Positions 19,832 through 29,882 are shown, numbered from the stretch's first letter. The stretch: 64,000 bases of DNA from Aureispira anguillae (GCF_026000115.1 NZ_AP026867.1:2649716-2713715), one strand, 5' to 3'. Translations and numbers: made by a program. The notes: generated by a model from the letters alone, not told the origin.

Positions 19832-20326
19832 ATGAAACAGACAATTCATCTACTCCTATACTTATTGGCTGGATCATTTTTTTATTCATGTGAAACAGCC
19901 CAAAGTAATTCAATAGAGAAAACAATAGAAGAGTATTATCAAGTATTCAATCAACGTCAAGAATTTGAACGATTTTTAGATTTTTACGACAAAAACATTA
20001 TACTCGAAGATATAATTAATGGTGATAGCATTGTAGGCAAACAAAACCTCAAAGATTTCTTGGATTGGTCTAATCCTGGTTTTGAACGGTTAACAGAAAA
20101 TAGCTTGGTCGTTGTTGACAAGATCATCGATAAAAACAATGCTGTTATTAAGGGTTATTTTACCGCTTTTAAATGGGGTGGCAAGCTGTTTGAAGCCATG
20201 CATTTTACAACAATTCTAACGTTTGGCAAATCTGGAAAAATAATCAAACAAGTGGATTGGGTGAATTATCCTTCAACGCTTATCAATTATAATGAACGAA
20301 AGAATTCCAATAAATGGATCAATTAA
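19832..20326 (+). CDS. SnoaL/NTF2-like lipoprotein
   Basis: Start trimmed to the internal ATG at 19832 (MKQTIHLLLYLLAGSFFYSC lipobox). IEEYYQVFNQRQEFERFLDFYDKNIILED is typical of the NTF2-like fold. Confidence 0.5.
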   Translation: MKQTIHLLLYLLAGSFFYSCETAQSNSIEKTIEEYYQVFNQRQEFERFLDFYDKNIILEDIINGDSIVGKQNLKDFLDWSNPGFERLTENSLVVVDKIIDKNNAVIKGYFTAFKWGGKLFEAMHFTTILTFGKSGKIIKQVDWVNYPSTLINYNERKNSNKWIN

Positions 20327-20574
20327 TCCTCATTCTAGTCCTCTAAACATTGGCGTTAGTCTATCCGTAGCCACTCCTTTTGGACTTATAGAGTAGTTTT
20401 TTTCTTCGTAGTTTTTTAACAAAATTTGCAATTTTAGTCTTGGGATTGCTTATCTTCATTGGTATAACAGCCATACCAACACAAAGCTAGACAATTGATA
20501 ACAAACGACATTTAATTTAAAACAAAATTAAATATCATTTTCCCATAAGCATCTGACTAAAAATTTATATAAAA

Positions 20575-22194
20575 TTGACTAGGGAACAAAAGAAAATATA
20601 TCGTGCAGATCTTTTCCAGCATTTAGATGGCATTGTAACTGCCCCCACTGCTTATGCTCTTTACAAAAAAGGGGTGCTAGATCTTATTCTAGCAGAAAAA
20701 AGCATCTCACTCTCCAAATTGACACAAACATTTAGGGCCAATGAAGGTTATCTCAATATCGCCTTGCACACCTTAGCATCACAAGGGTGGCTTAGGCACA
20801 CCATTAAAGCGGATAATGAGATTGAAATTGCCACCACAGCACTCAGTGAACTTGCCTTTAAATACATTCCCAAGTACAAAGATGTTGTTGAGCTGTTGCA
20901 AATTTCTGGCAAATATCACCCTAGAAAATTTGAGCTAGAACCCTTTCTTTTTTTGGAAAGCATCTTTAAGAAATATAGCAATAATTATGGCTTGGAGCTT
21001 TCTAACGATGAAAAACAACGGCAAATTCAACGTCAAGTACTAAAACATATTGAGGGCATTATAGTTGGTCCAACAGTTGTTGCGCTTGGGATGAGTGGTA
21101 TGTTCCACAATTATTTTATGGAAGCCTCTTTCCAACCAGAGGAGTTTCACAAGGATGGAGCAAGTTTTGGGCGATTGTTGGATTTTTTTGTTTTTCTAAA
21201 TTGGTTCGAAAAAAAGAACCAGACCTACCGATTTACAGAGAAAGGGATGTTTTATGCCCGCCGTGCAAGTGCTTATGGCGTAACCGTTTCCTACATTCCT
21301 ATGTTTAGAAAAGTGGAAGAATTAATTTTTGGCGATCCTGAAATATTTTGGCGTTTGCCCAAAAATGCCAAAGAAATTCACGTGGATAGAACCATGAACG
21401 TTTGGGGTAGCGGAGGAGCACATGCTGCCTATTTCAAAGTAGTAGATAAGATTATTATTGACCTTTTTAATCAACCTATAGAGCAACAACCCAAAGGGAT
21501 TGTAGATATGGGCTGTGGAAATGGGGCATTTTTAATTCATTTATACGAAGTCATTGAACAAAGAACAATTCGAGGAAAATTGCTGGAGGAATATCCATTG
21601 TTTTTGGTAGGAGCAGATTTTAATCAGGCAGCTCTAAATGTCACTCGTACAAACATTATTCAAGCCAATATTTGGGCAAAATTGATTTGGGGAGATATAG
21701 GTCGCCCTGATCTGTTAGCAAAAGATTTGGAAGAAAATTATGGCATTCAATTAAAAGATTTACTAAATGTCCGAACCTTCCTAGATCACAATAGAATATG
21801 GAGTAAGCCCATTGATAATCGTTCCCCAAAAGAAAGTTCATCGACGGGAGCCTATGCATTTAGAGGGCAACGGATTTCAACAACAGCGGTTGAAAATAAT
21901 TTAAGAGAACACCTCACTAAATGGTCGCCCTATGTAGAAAAATATGGCTTATTATTGATCGAGCTCCATACCATTCCTCCTGCTCTTGCTGCTTCCAATC
22001 TTGGAAAAACAGCCGCAACAGCCTACAATGCAACACATGGTTTTTCGGATCAATACATTGTTGAAGTGGATATATTTAATAAAATCGCTGAAGAAGCAGG
22101 CTTGTTTCCAGATAAAAACCATTTTACAAAATTTCCGAACTCAGACATCGCTACAGTAAGTATCAACTTATTAAAAAAAGACACAAACCAATAA
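20575..22194 (+). CDS. SAM-dependent (O-)methyltransferase-like protein with duplicated N-terminal winged-helix dimerisation-like domains; TTG start
   Basis: 539 aa. Two N-terminal repeats (LFQHLDGIVTAPTAYALYKKGVLDLI and VLKHIEGIIVGPTVVALGMSGMF) resemble the O-MT dimerisation domain. SAM motif I is GIVDMGCGNGAF. There is no in-frame ATG for more than 170 codons, and the ORF opens at TTG 20575 right after an in-frame TGA. Confidence 0.6.
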   Translation: MTREQKKIYRADLFQHLDGIVTAPTAYALYKKGVLDLILAEKSISLSKLTQTFRANEGYLNIALHTLASQGWLRHTIKADNEIEIATTALSELAFKYIPKYKDVVELLQISGKYHPRKFELEPFLFLESIFKKYSNNYGLELSNDEKQRQIQRQVLKHIEGIIVGPTVVALGMSGMFHNYFMEASFQPEEFHKDGASFGRLLDFFVFLNWFEKKNQTYRFTEKGMFYARRASAYGVTVSYIPMFRKVEELIFGDPEIFWRLPKNAKEIHVDRTMNVWGSGGAHAAYFKVVDKIIIDLFNQPIEQQPKGIVDMGCGNGAFLIHLYEVIEQRTIRGKLLEEYPLFLVGADFNQAALNVTRTNIIQANIWAKLIWGDIGRPDLLAKDLEENYGIQLKDLLNVRTFLDHNRIWSKPIDNRSPKESSSTGAYAFRGQRISTTAVENNLREHLTKWSPYVEKYGLLLIELHTIPPALAASNLGKTAATAYNATHGFSDQYIVEVDIFNKIAEEAGLFPDKNHFTKFPNSDIATVSINLLKKDTNQ

Positions 22195-22218
22195 ATAGCT
22201 TAGATAAACGCTTTCCCC

Positions 22219-22812
22219 ATGAATAATCAGGCAAGTAAAAAACTTAAACGAACACTCAAAGTTGTTGGGTTCTTATTGGTTTTAACTCTTATATTTAGGG
22301 GGTGGATTTTTAGGCAAAGTATTTCATATACTCCAATTGGCACCAGAAACCATATCAAACTTACCGATAAAAAATTAATCGCAACGCTAAAACTGGAACA
22401 AGAAAAACAAACGAATACCAGCCTTGACGAAATCATAAAAATTGCTCGAAACAAAACGAATGAAAACTTGTCATTCACAACCGAAAAAAGTTCAAGGAAC
22501 CCAAACCAAGCACTAAAAGTTGGCAAAGCAAATTGTATCGCTTATTCCGCCTTGTTTAATTCGATTGCCAATTACCTTATTAATGCTCAAAACCTTGAAA
22601 CAAAATACAAAGCAATTCATTGGATCGGAAAAATTGATTTTATGGGCATCGATTTACATCAATTCTTTGAAAGTACTTTCTTTAAACAGCATGATTATAA
22701 CGAAATACTAAACCTCGAAACAGGAGAAAAAATCCATATCGATCCAACCATCAGTGACTATCTCAAAATTCACTCGGTCTCTTCTAAAATCAATTCAGTA
22801 GAAAATAAATAA
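22219..22812 (+). CDS. Transglutaminase-like cysteine peptidase domain protein
   Basis: 197 aa with an N-terminal TM anchor. Cys-His-Asp pattern in order: KANCIAYSALF ... AIHWIG ... IHIDPT. Confidence 0.5.
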   Translation: MNNQASKKLKRTLKVVGFLLVLTLIFRGWIFRQSISYTPIGTRNHIKLTDKKLIATLKLEQEKQTNTSLDEIIKIARNKTNENLSFTTEKSSRNPNQALKVGKANCIAYSALFNSIANYLINAQNLETKYKAIHWIGKIDFMGIDLHQFFESTFFKQHDYNEILNLETGEKIHIDPTISDYLKIHSVSSKINSVENK

Positions 22813-22949
22813 GCAACAATCTACGCACTCTTTTTACCTTAGAAGTGATTAAGACAACTTTAGAGCAAAAAGATTCTACAGAGAGAACGTTTTAAGAAAA
22901 AATGTCGTTCTAGAATAGGTATAACTAAGAAAACAATACCTCCCCGACA

Positions 22950-23771
22950 ATGAAATTAACCGTAAATGATATAACCCCCATAGAAACTTATCCTTACTTA
23001 GAAGTTGGTTCTTCTAATTTAGAGCACCTCTCCTTTCCTCAACTTTTACATAAATCACTCCCGATTTATCTTGGAGAATGGGTTAATGAAAACGCTAAAG
23101 TCGATTTAATTATTATTTGTTCAGATTTGCAAGGAATCATTGAAGAAGCTGGAGAACACTATCTATTGGGAGAAAAGTTACCTGCATTTTTAAAATTATT
23201 AATTGAAATGGATTTATCTCCCAATAATAAAATTGGGGTATTCTTATGCGGGGATCTATATACTTCAATAAAAAAAAGAGGTTCCAGCGGAGATGTAAGA
23301 ACTGTTTGGAAAGAATTTAAAAAACATTTCTCTTGGGTTGTTGGCGTTGCTGGAAATCATGATCTTTTTGGAAATTCAAATGAAAAAGAAGCTTTCAAGG
23401 CATTAGAAGGCATTTACCTACTTCATCAAGAGGCAATAAACATAGATGGAATTAGAATCGGAGGAATTAGTGGAATTATAGGTCGGGATGACAAAATTAA
23501 TCGTATAGAAGAAAGTCACTATCTAAAAAACCTTAGGAAGCTATTAAAAAAGAAAATAGATTTTGTTTTACTTCATGAAAGCCCTGATTACCCATCCTTA
23601 AATCAAATTGGGAATCCTAAAATAAGAGTAGAGATAGAACAAGCATCTAAATCAAAAATCTGTTGTGGACATTGTTTTTGGCAAAAAACATTAGTTGAAT
23701 TTGAAAATGAAACACAAGTGTTGAATACAGATTCTAAGGTTGTAATCTTACAAATAAAGAAAAATCTATAA
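22950..23771 (+). CDS. Calcineurin-like metallophosphoesterase
   Basis: 273 aa. Motifs LIIICSDLQG (DxH-like), FLCGDLY (GD), VVGVAGNHD (GNHD), LLHESP. Confidence 0.65.
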   Translation: MKLTVNDITPIETYPYLEVGSSNLEHLSFPQLLHKSLPIYLGEWVNENAKVDLIIICSDLQGIIEEAGEHYLLGEKLPAFLKLLIEMDLSPNNKIGVFLCGDLYTSIKKRGSSGDVRTVWKEFKKHFSWVVGVAGNHDLFGNSNEKEAFKALEGIYLLHQEAINIDGIRIGGISGIIGRDDKINRIEESHYLKNLRKLLKKKIDFVLLHESPDYPSLNQIGNPKIRVEIEQASKSKICCGHCFWQKTLVEFENETQVLNTDSKVVILQIKKNL

Positions 23772-23823
23772 ATACACAAAATTTGCGTAAGTTGCTATTT
23801 TGCCTTCCATTATATCATAAAAG

Positions 23824-24846
23824 ATGAAACCATTAAAAAATAAAGATTACATAAAAGGAAGTTTATTTGGTATGGCTATTGGCGATGGCTTTGGATACCC
23901 CACTGAATTTCTATCAATAAGTGAAATAGTAGAAAAATGGCCTCCAACTGGTCCTGATAAACCAGAAGGGAATCCAATTCTTGTCACCGATGACACCCAA
24001 ATGGCTATTGCTGTTGCCAAAGCTCTTATGGAAAGCGAAAACCAAGGCTTCTCGCCTTCTTTATTAGAGCAAAAACTCACTAAATATTATATTCAATGGC
24101 TGAATGATCCTAAAAATAACCGAGCTCCAGGCATGACTTGTATCAGAGCCTGTGAAAGATTAGAAAAGGGGCTAGCCTGGGAAAAATCTGCTGAATTAAA
24201 TTCCAAAGGTTGTGGTGCAAATATGAGGGTTGTACCTGTAGGGCTTCTGTCCCAAAAAGGTCTATCTGAAAATAAAATTGGAGCAATTGCACAATTTCAA
24301 TCTGCACTGACTCATGCACACCCCACTGCATTAGCCGCATCTGAAATTACGGCTATTACTATCGCTAAATTAATCAATGGTGTTCGGCATCAAGATTTAC
24401 TATCTGAACTACTTAATTATTCTGAAAAGCAAAAGAAAATTTATCATAGAAATTATTTAAAAGAAATATGGGATCGTCCTCCATTCAGAACCCCTGAAGA
24501 ATATATAACACTTGGATGGGAACAAGTTATCGATGTTTTATTAAAAGTAAAAGAAGGTCTTAGAAAAAATGAAACTAAAACAAACCCTTGCTTAATCAGT
24601 GGCGAAGGTTGGATTGCAGAAGAAGCTTTTGCTACAGCATTACTTTGCTTTTTGTTATTTCCCCAAAGCCCTACTAAAGTCTTAAAAAGAGCTGTTGTTA
24701 CCTCTGGCGATTCTGACTCCATTGCATGCCTTGCTGGAGCTTTTAGCGGAGCCTATTGTGGTTTGGAAAGTTTTCCAATAGATTGGGTAAATAGAGTCGA
24801 GTACAAAAAGGATCTAGAATCCATTGCAGCGTTCTACAAACAATAA
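23824..24846 (+). CDS. ADP-ribosylglycohydrolase family protein (ARH/DraG-like) 1
   Basis: 340 aa. GMAIGDGFGYPTEF, VTDDTQMAIAVAKAL and C-terminal TSGDSDSIACLAGAFSGAYCG are diagnostic ARH metal-binding motifs. Confidence 0.8.
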   Translation: MKPLKNKDYIKGSLFGMAIGDGFGYPTEFLSISEIVEKWPPTGPDKPEGNPILVTDDTQMAIAVAKALMESENQGFSPSLLEQKLTKYYIQWLNDPKNNRAPGMTCIRACERLEKGLAWEKSAELNSKGCGANMRVVPVGLLSQKGLSENKIGAIAQFQSALTHAHPTALAASEITAITIAKLINGVRHQDLLSELLNYSEKQKKIYHRNYLKEIWDRPPFRTPEEYITLGWEQVIDVLLKVKEGLRKNETKTNPCLISGEGWIAEEAFATALLCFLLFPQSPTKVLKRAVVTSGDSDSIACLAGAFSGAYCGLESFPIDWVNRVEYKKDLESIAAFYKQ

Positions 24847-24933
24847 GGTCAAATACAAAACAGTATTTATACGATCCACGTACCCTTTCTTTTTATTAAT
24901 TAAACTTTATGACTATTATCTTATATAATTAAA

Positions 24934-25872
24934 ATGAACAGTAATATTGTAACGAGAGCATTTTTAGGCTTAGCAATTGGAGATGCGCTCGGTTTGCCTG
25001 TAGAATTTATAGAAAGAAAATACTTAAAAGAAAACCCCGTTAAAGATTTTACCGAATTTGGTACGCACAATCAACCTAAAGGAACTTGGTCTGATGATAG
25101 TTCTTTAACGTTTTGCTTAGCTCAAACTTTAACTAATGGATATCATCTAAAAGAGATTGCGGCTTCCTTCGTTTGTTGGTATAATGAAAATTATTGGACA
25201 GCTAGAGGTCATGTTTTTGATATTGGAGCTTCTACTTCTAAAGCCATACAAAATATCATTAAAGGAATTCCTCTGTCTAAAGTTGGAGGCGCTAGTGAAA
25301 GGGATAATGGAAATGGATCCTTAATGAGAATACTCCCACTCTGCTTCTATCTAAAAGATTTTGAAATTGAAAAAAGGTTTGCGGTTATTAAGGAGGTTTC
25401 ATCAATAACTCATGCCCACTCTCGCTCAATTCTTTGTTGCTTCATTTATATTGAAATTTGCATTCAAATTCTAAAAGGTGAAAGCAAAAGGAATGCGTAC
25501 TATGAAGCTGTCGCAATAGTAAATGACTATTGTGCCAATCATAATCAATTAAAAAAAGAATGCTTCCACTTAAAAAGAGTACTTGGATATTTATTGGAAG
25601 AAGTTCCTGAACATGAAATCTACAGTAGTGGTTACGTTGTCCATTCATTGGAAGCAGCAATTTGGTGCTGGTTAAAAGAAGACTCTTACGAAAAGGCTGT
25701 TTTAAAAGCTGTAAATCTTGGCGATGATTCTGATACTATTGCATCAATTACAGGTGGTCTAGCAGGTCTTTCGTCTAAAACAAATGAAATTCCTAAAAAA
25801 TGGATAAAAGACTTAGCTAAAGTTGATGAAATCATTATTTTAAGTAATGAGATATTTCAAAAATATTTCTAA
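24934..25872 (+). CDS. ADP-ribosylglycohydrolase family protein (ARH/DraG-like) 2
   Basis: 312 aa. LGLAIGDALGLPVEF, WSDDSSLTFCLAQTL and LGDDSDTIASITGGLAGL. A paralogue of the preceding gene. Confidence 0.8.
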   Translation: MNSNIVTRAFLGLAIGDALGLPVEFIERKYLKENPVKDFTEFGTHNQPKGTWSDDSSLTFCLAQTLTNGYHLKEIAASFVCWYNENYWTARGHVFDIGASTSKAIQNIIKGIPLSKVGGASERDNGNGSLMRILPLCFYLKDFEIEKRFAVIKEVSSITHAHSRSILCCFIYIEICIQILKGESKRNAYYEAVAIVNDYCANHNQLKKECFHLKRVLGYLLEEVPEHEIYSSGYVVHSLEAAIWCWLKEDSYEKAVLKAVNLGDDSDTIASITGGLAGLSSKTNEIPKKWIKDLAKVDEIIILSNEIFQKYF

Positions 25873-25913
25873 AGTAGCTATAAAGAAGAGCTTTCACTCT
25901 ATTTTTTTATGAA

Positions 25914-26606
25914 TTGAAGGTATTTCAAAAATTAACTACTCGCCTATCAATTTTTGTATTATCAATAAAACTAAAACCTAAAATGACTCCCACCCAAAGC
26001 AACTATAAGCACCTAAGATACCTCCTACTAATATTTTTCAGTATTATTGTAATTGGTTATCTTCTCCCTAAAAAGAATCTTTCTTCCGACAAAGAAGAAA
26101 AAAATAAAACCGTAGCGGTTGAGAACCCCAAAATTGAATACGATAAGAAGGAGTTTTTTGACGACCTAGTGTATGAAGGTTTAGAACGTCTAAATACAAT
26201 TATTGATTCAAGCGATGAAGTCAGAGCTTATAACTGGAATGGAAATTCAGGAAATGCAGCAAATGTTTTCCATCATATTGTAGATGGTTATGGAAAATTT
26301 AGGACTGGGCTTAGTCAAGCCATTATTTTATCCCCAACTGAGGTATTAGAATTAAAAGAAATTATTGCAGATCATTCAATCTACGCCGAAGAGAATTCAG
26401 ACTGTTTTATTCCCCATATTGCTTTCGTATATTTTAAAAATCAGGCAGTCATTGGGCAATCCAACATTTGTTTTTTGTGTGCAGGAATAAAAAGTATCCC
26501 TAAATCAACAAAAGCATTAAATATTTTGGGGGTTAGAAAATTAAGAAAATTCTGTGAATCACTAGGTTTAAAAATCGTTGATGGCTCTGAGCCTTTAGAA
26601 TATTAA
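25914..26606 (+). CDS. Membrane-anchored protein with C-terminal Cys motif C-x(9-11)-FK-x4-IG-x3-ICFxC
   Basis: 230 aa. An alternative start is the ATG at 25983. It has a TM anchor. The C-terminus (SDCFIPHIAFVYFKNQAVIGQSNICFLCAG) is paralogous to the C-terminus of ORF 15753-16490. Confidence 0.5.
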   Translation: MKVFQKLTTRLSIFVLSIKLKPKMTPTQSNYKHLRYLLLIFFSIIVIGYLLPKKNLSSDKEEKNKTVAVENPKIEYDKKEFFDDLVYEGLERLNTIIDSSDEVRAYNWNGNSGNAANVFHHIVDGYGKFRTGLSQAIILSPTEVLELKEIIADHSIYAEENSDCFIPHIAFVYFKNQAVIGQSNICFLCAGIKSIPKSTKALNILGVRKLRKFCESLGLKIVDGSEPLEY

Positions 26607-26682
26607 CAAAAGCTTTATCTTATAAATAAAATTTATTATTCGTTAAATTTATTGCGTTCAGTCCTAACTCAAAACCCATCAT

Positions 26683-27750
26683 ATGATATTCGCACTTAAA
26701 TCATATTCTTTACTCATCTTGGCATTTATCATTATTGCTTGCAATGACCCTAATCTCAAAAAATCAGATACCAATACTCCTGCTCCGAGAGCATTAAACG
26801 ATAAAATTACAATGCCTAAAAATGGTTTTAACAGTGGGCTATTAGATAGTCGTCGCAATTTGTGGTTTGGAAGTAATGGCGGTGGTCTTTATTGTTATAA
26901 TGGAAGCACTTTTGTGCAGTATACGGAAGATGATGGCTTGTGTAATAATCAACTCTATTCAATAATTGAAGACCAAGAACATAACTTGTGGCTGGGTACT
27001 CAAAATGGATTATGCAATTATAATAGAAAAATATTCACCCACATTTCGATCCCTTTTAAAGATACAACAAGTAGTTGGCTGGATGAGGTTTATCCAATTA
27101 TTAACCCTAATGCTGTTCATTCTTTGGCACAAGATAAGGAAAATAATATTTGGATTGGAACAGCAGGAGGCGGTGCCTATTGTTATGACGGTATGCATTT
27201 CAACGCTCATTTATCTGAGATCGGTACCAAACAACCCGATAGTTTATATCATAACTGGATTCCAAGTATCGCAGAAGATTCAGATGGGAATATTTGGTTG
27301 GCTTCTATGACCCATGGAGGAGTTAGTCGTTATGATGGAAAAATATTTACTCAATTTATGCCTAAGGACGGTTTGAGTGATGATATGGTTCGAACTATTT
27401 TCAAGGATCGATCGGGCAAATTATGGTTTGGTTTTAATGGTAACAGAGGCAGTGCTTTAACCTTTTATGATGGAAAAACGTTTAAAAACTTAACAAAAGA
27501 GGATGGGCTTTGCAGCACAAGTATTTTAGCAATTTTTGAAGATAAAAAAGGAAATATCTGGCTAGGTTCTGGTAGAGGAAACTTATGTATTTATGATGGA
27601 GAAAGCTTTGCTGAATTTACTTCAAAAACGGGGGAAACGTTCTCAGAAGTATTTTTTATTTTAAGCGATTCTGATGAGAACATTTGGTTTGGGGGAAAGA
27701 ATGGGCTATGGCAGTTTGATGGAGAAGCCGTAATAAATATGATGGAATAA
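26683..27750 (+). CDS. Lipoprotein made of Reg_prop beta-propeller repeats
   Basis: Lipobox IIIACND. Repeats LWFGSNGGGLYCYNG, LWLGTQNGLCNYN, IWIGTAGGGAYCYDG, IWLGSGRGNLCIYDG. A paralogue of 18750-19796. Confidence 0.7.
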   Translation: MIFALKSYSLLILAFIIIACNDPNLKKSDTNTPAPRALNDKITMPKNGFNSGLLDSRRNLWFGSNGGGLYCYNGSTFVQYTEDDGLCNNQLYSIIEDQEHNLWLGTQNGLCNYNRKIFTHISIPFKDTTSSWLDEVYPIINPNAVHSLAQDKENNIWIGTAGGGAYCYDGMHFNAHLSEIGTKQPDSLYHNWIPSIAEDSDGNIWLASMTHGGVSRYDGKIFTQFMPKDGLSDDMVRTIFKDRSGKLWFGFNGNRGSALTFYDGKTFKNLTKEDGLCSTSILAIFEDKKGNIWLGSGRGNLCIYDGESFAEFTSKTGETFSEVFFILSDSDENIWFGGKNGLWQFDGEAVINMME

Positions 27751-27776
27751 AAGAATTTATTGTTCTAAGATTTTAG

Positions 27777-27801
27777 CCCCTATTACAGCGTTTAATAGGG
27801 G
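27777..27801 (+). terminator. Stem-loop CCCCTATTA-N7-TAATAGGGG downstream of Reg_prop gene (weak U-tract)
   Basis: 9-bp perfect stem with a 7-nt loop, 27 bp after the stop at 27750. The same CCCCTAT/ATAGGGG stem type occurs at 4525-4553 after the DoxX gene. Confidence 0.3.
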
Positions 27802-27947
27802 TTAAAAGCAAAGTGGTCTAGCATCTAAAATTGCCCTCTGATATAATTCACAAAATTGAAAAAAAGCATAAAAAAATTGCCTTGGAGGACATCCTTGATG
27901 ATGGATAATAAAACGAACCAAAAGCATAAATTAAAAAGAACAAGAAT

Positions 27948-28916
27948 ATGAAAGCAGTTACATTTGTTAAATACGGAACACCAGAGGTGCTTCAGTTAGA
28001 AAGCATCAAAAAACCGATCCCTAAAGCTGATGAGATATTAATAAAAATTAATGCCATACCTGTTACTACAGAAGATCCTTTGCTAAGAAGAGGAGAACCG
28101 TATTTTACGAGACTATTTTTAGGCTTAACCAAACCCAAAAATTCTGTCTTAGGGGCTGAGTTTTCAGGCGAAATAGAAGCGATCGGTCAAAACGTTACCC
28201 TATTTAAGATAGGAGATAAAGTTTTTGGGCATTCTGGGCAAAATTTGGGCTGTTATGCAGAGTATGTTTGCGTTAAAGAAAAAGGTCTACTACTAAAAAG
28301 ACCGCCCAATATGAGCGCTGAAGAGGTAGCACCTGTCTGTACATTTATGGCTGCTTGGAATTTTATGGTAGCTCTTGCCGAGGTAAAACACCATCAAAAA
28401 GTTCTTATTAATGGTGCTTCTGGAAGCGTAGGTTCTGCTGCGGTTCAAATTGCAAAAACATTTGGAGCAAATGTCACAGGAGTGTGTAGTACGGCTAATA
28501 TTAATTTGGTAAAATCTTTAGGTGCCGATAAAGTCATTGATTATACCACTGACCAATTTACGAAAAATGGAGCGCTCTATGATATTGTTTTTGATGTTGC
28601 TAATAAGAGTTCATTTTATAGTTGTAGAAATTCTTTAACTAAAAACGGAATCTACCTAAATCCTGTCCTTAAAATTTCTACTCTTATCCAAATGCTCTGG
28701 ACTAATTTTTTTAGTAAAAAGAAAGTAATGTTTTCAGCAACAGGTCTCCAACCCATTTCAAAACGTAAAACCTTCCTAAAAGAGCTCACCAAACTTTTTG
28801 AAACAGGAAAATTAAAAACGATCATTGACAAAAGGTATAATTTAGAACAAATCGTTGACGCTCACAGATATATTGAGAGCGGAAATAGAAAGGGAAATGT
28901 CATTATAAATCTGTAG
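27948..28916 (+). CDS. Medium-chain (zinc-type) dehydrogenase/reductase, quinone-oxidoreductase-like
   Basis: 322 aa. MKAVTFVKYGTPEVLQLESIKKPIPKADEILIKINAIPV (GroES-like N-domain) and NGASGSVGSAAVQIAKTFGANVTGVCS (Rossmann GxGxxG). Confidence 0.75.
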   Translation: MKAVTFVKYGTPEVLQLESIKKPIPKADEILIKINAIPVTTEDPLLRRGEPYFTRLFLGLTKPKNSVLGAEFSGEIEAIGQNVTLFKIGDKVFGHSGQNLGCYAEYVCVKEKGLLLKRPPNMSAEEVAPVCTFMAAWNFMVALAEVKHHQKVLINGASGSVGSAAVQIAKTFGANVTGVCSTANINLVKSLGADKVIDYTTDQFTKNGALYDIVFDVANKSSFYSCRNSLTKNGIYLNPVLKISTLIQMLWTNFFSKKKVMFSATGLQPISKRKTFLKELTKLFETGKLKTIIDKRYNLEQIVDAHRYIESGNRKGNVIINL

Positions 28917-29160
28917 TAAAAGAAAAATTAACGGCGTAATGAGAAAAAACAACTAGGCAATTATCCTTCATTTTACCCTATGCTTTCAGTTATAAATTAC
29001 TGAAAGCGTAGACTTCTTAATATCTACTTGACCTCCTCCTTATCTTTGCATAAATGGACAAAACATAAAAGATGCAAGCCCTTTAGCAGCACATAAAGCA
29101 CAGGCTCCAAACTAAGTATACCCTACCTTTTTACATCGATAAGTTAATTTGTATTTAAAA

Positions 29161-29201
29161 ACCATTAATGCAACACTGTTGCATTAATGGTTTTTTATTT
29201 T
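29161..29201 (+). terminator. 13-bp perfect hairpin ACCATTAATGCAA-N5-TTGCATTAATGGT + T-tract (rho-independent terminator and/or operator 45 bp upstream of MerC-like gene)
   Basis: accattaatgcaacactgttgcattaatggt followed by tttttatttt, and preceded by aaaa (potentially bidirectional). Confidence 0.5.
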
Positions 29202-29237
29202 ATCTTTGTAGCATTATTCCCATTAAAACAATGCTAA

Positions 29238-29657
29238 ATGATCTTATCACAAAAATCTGACACATTTGGAGCCATTGCAAGTACGTTATGTCTTATTCAT
29301 TGTATAAGCACTCCATTTATCTTTGCCCTCCAAACCTGTTCGGCAAGTTGCTGTAAAAATTCTCCTGGATGGTGGCAAGCAATAGATTATCTTTTTTTAG
29401 GGATTTCTTTTTTTGCGGTTTGGCAGTCTGCCAGAACGACTTCAAAACACTGGGTGGCTTATGCACTTTGGGCAAGTTGGATTGGAATTTTTGTTGTGCT
29501 ACTAAATGAAAAGCTAGCAATTCTACCAGTCCTCAACCATCTGCTTTATGTGCCTGCATTAACCTTGGTTGTGTTACATCTCTATAACCAAAAATATTGT
29601 CACTGTTCAGGTACTGAATGCTGTAATTTTTCTACGAATTCCAAAGAAGTTTCTTAG
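29238..29657 (+). CDS. MerC-like metal-transport membrane protein
   Basis: 139 aa with four TM helices. N-terminal LCLIHCISTP (CxxHC) and a Cys-rich loop CSASCC. The C-terminal CHCSGTECC is typical of Bacteroidetes MerC-domain proteins. Confidence 0.5.
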   Translation: MILSQKSDTFGAIASTLCLIHCISTPFIFALQTCSASCCKNSPGWWQAIDYLFLGISFFAVWQSARTTSKHWVAYALWASWIGIFVVLLNEKLAILPVLNHLLYVPALTLVVLHLYNQKYCHCSGTECCNFSTNSKEVS

Positions 29658-29690
29658 CACTAAGATCAATAACTTTTAACGTTTATTAAA

Positions 29691-29882
29691 ATGATACCAT
29701 CTACTTTTGAACAATGGGTGCACTGCATCACAAACGACTGTAAAATTAATTTAACCAAAGACTTCGCCCAAAAACGACTGGCTGTATATCAAAATAGGAA
29801 CAATCCTGAGACTCAAAAATTCCTTTCGCTATTTGGTGAACAACATTTAGAAAATATTATTAACTGGTTTAAACAAATATGA
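29691..29882 (+). CDS. Small protein (63 aa) translationally coupled to COG0523 GTPase
   Basis: Stop TGA overlaps the start of the next gene (ATATGA at 29877-29882). No domain recognised. Confidence 0.4.
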   Translation: MIPSTFEQWVHCITNDCKINLTKDFAQKRLAVYQNRNNPETQKFLSLFGEQHLENIINWFKQI

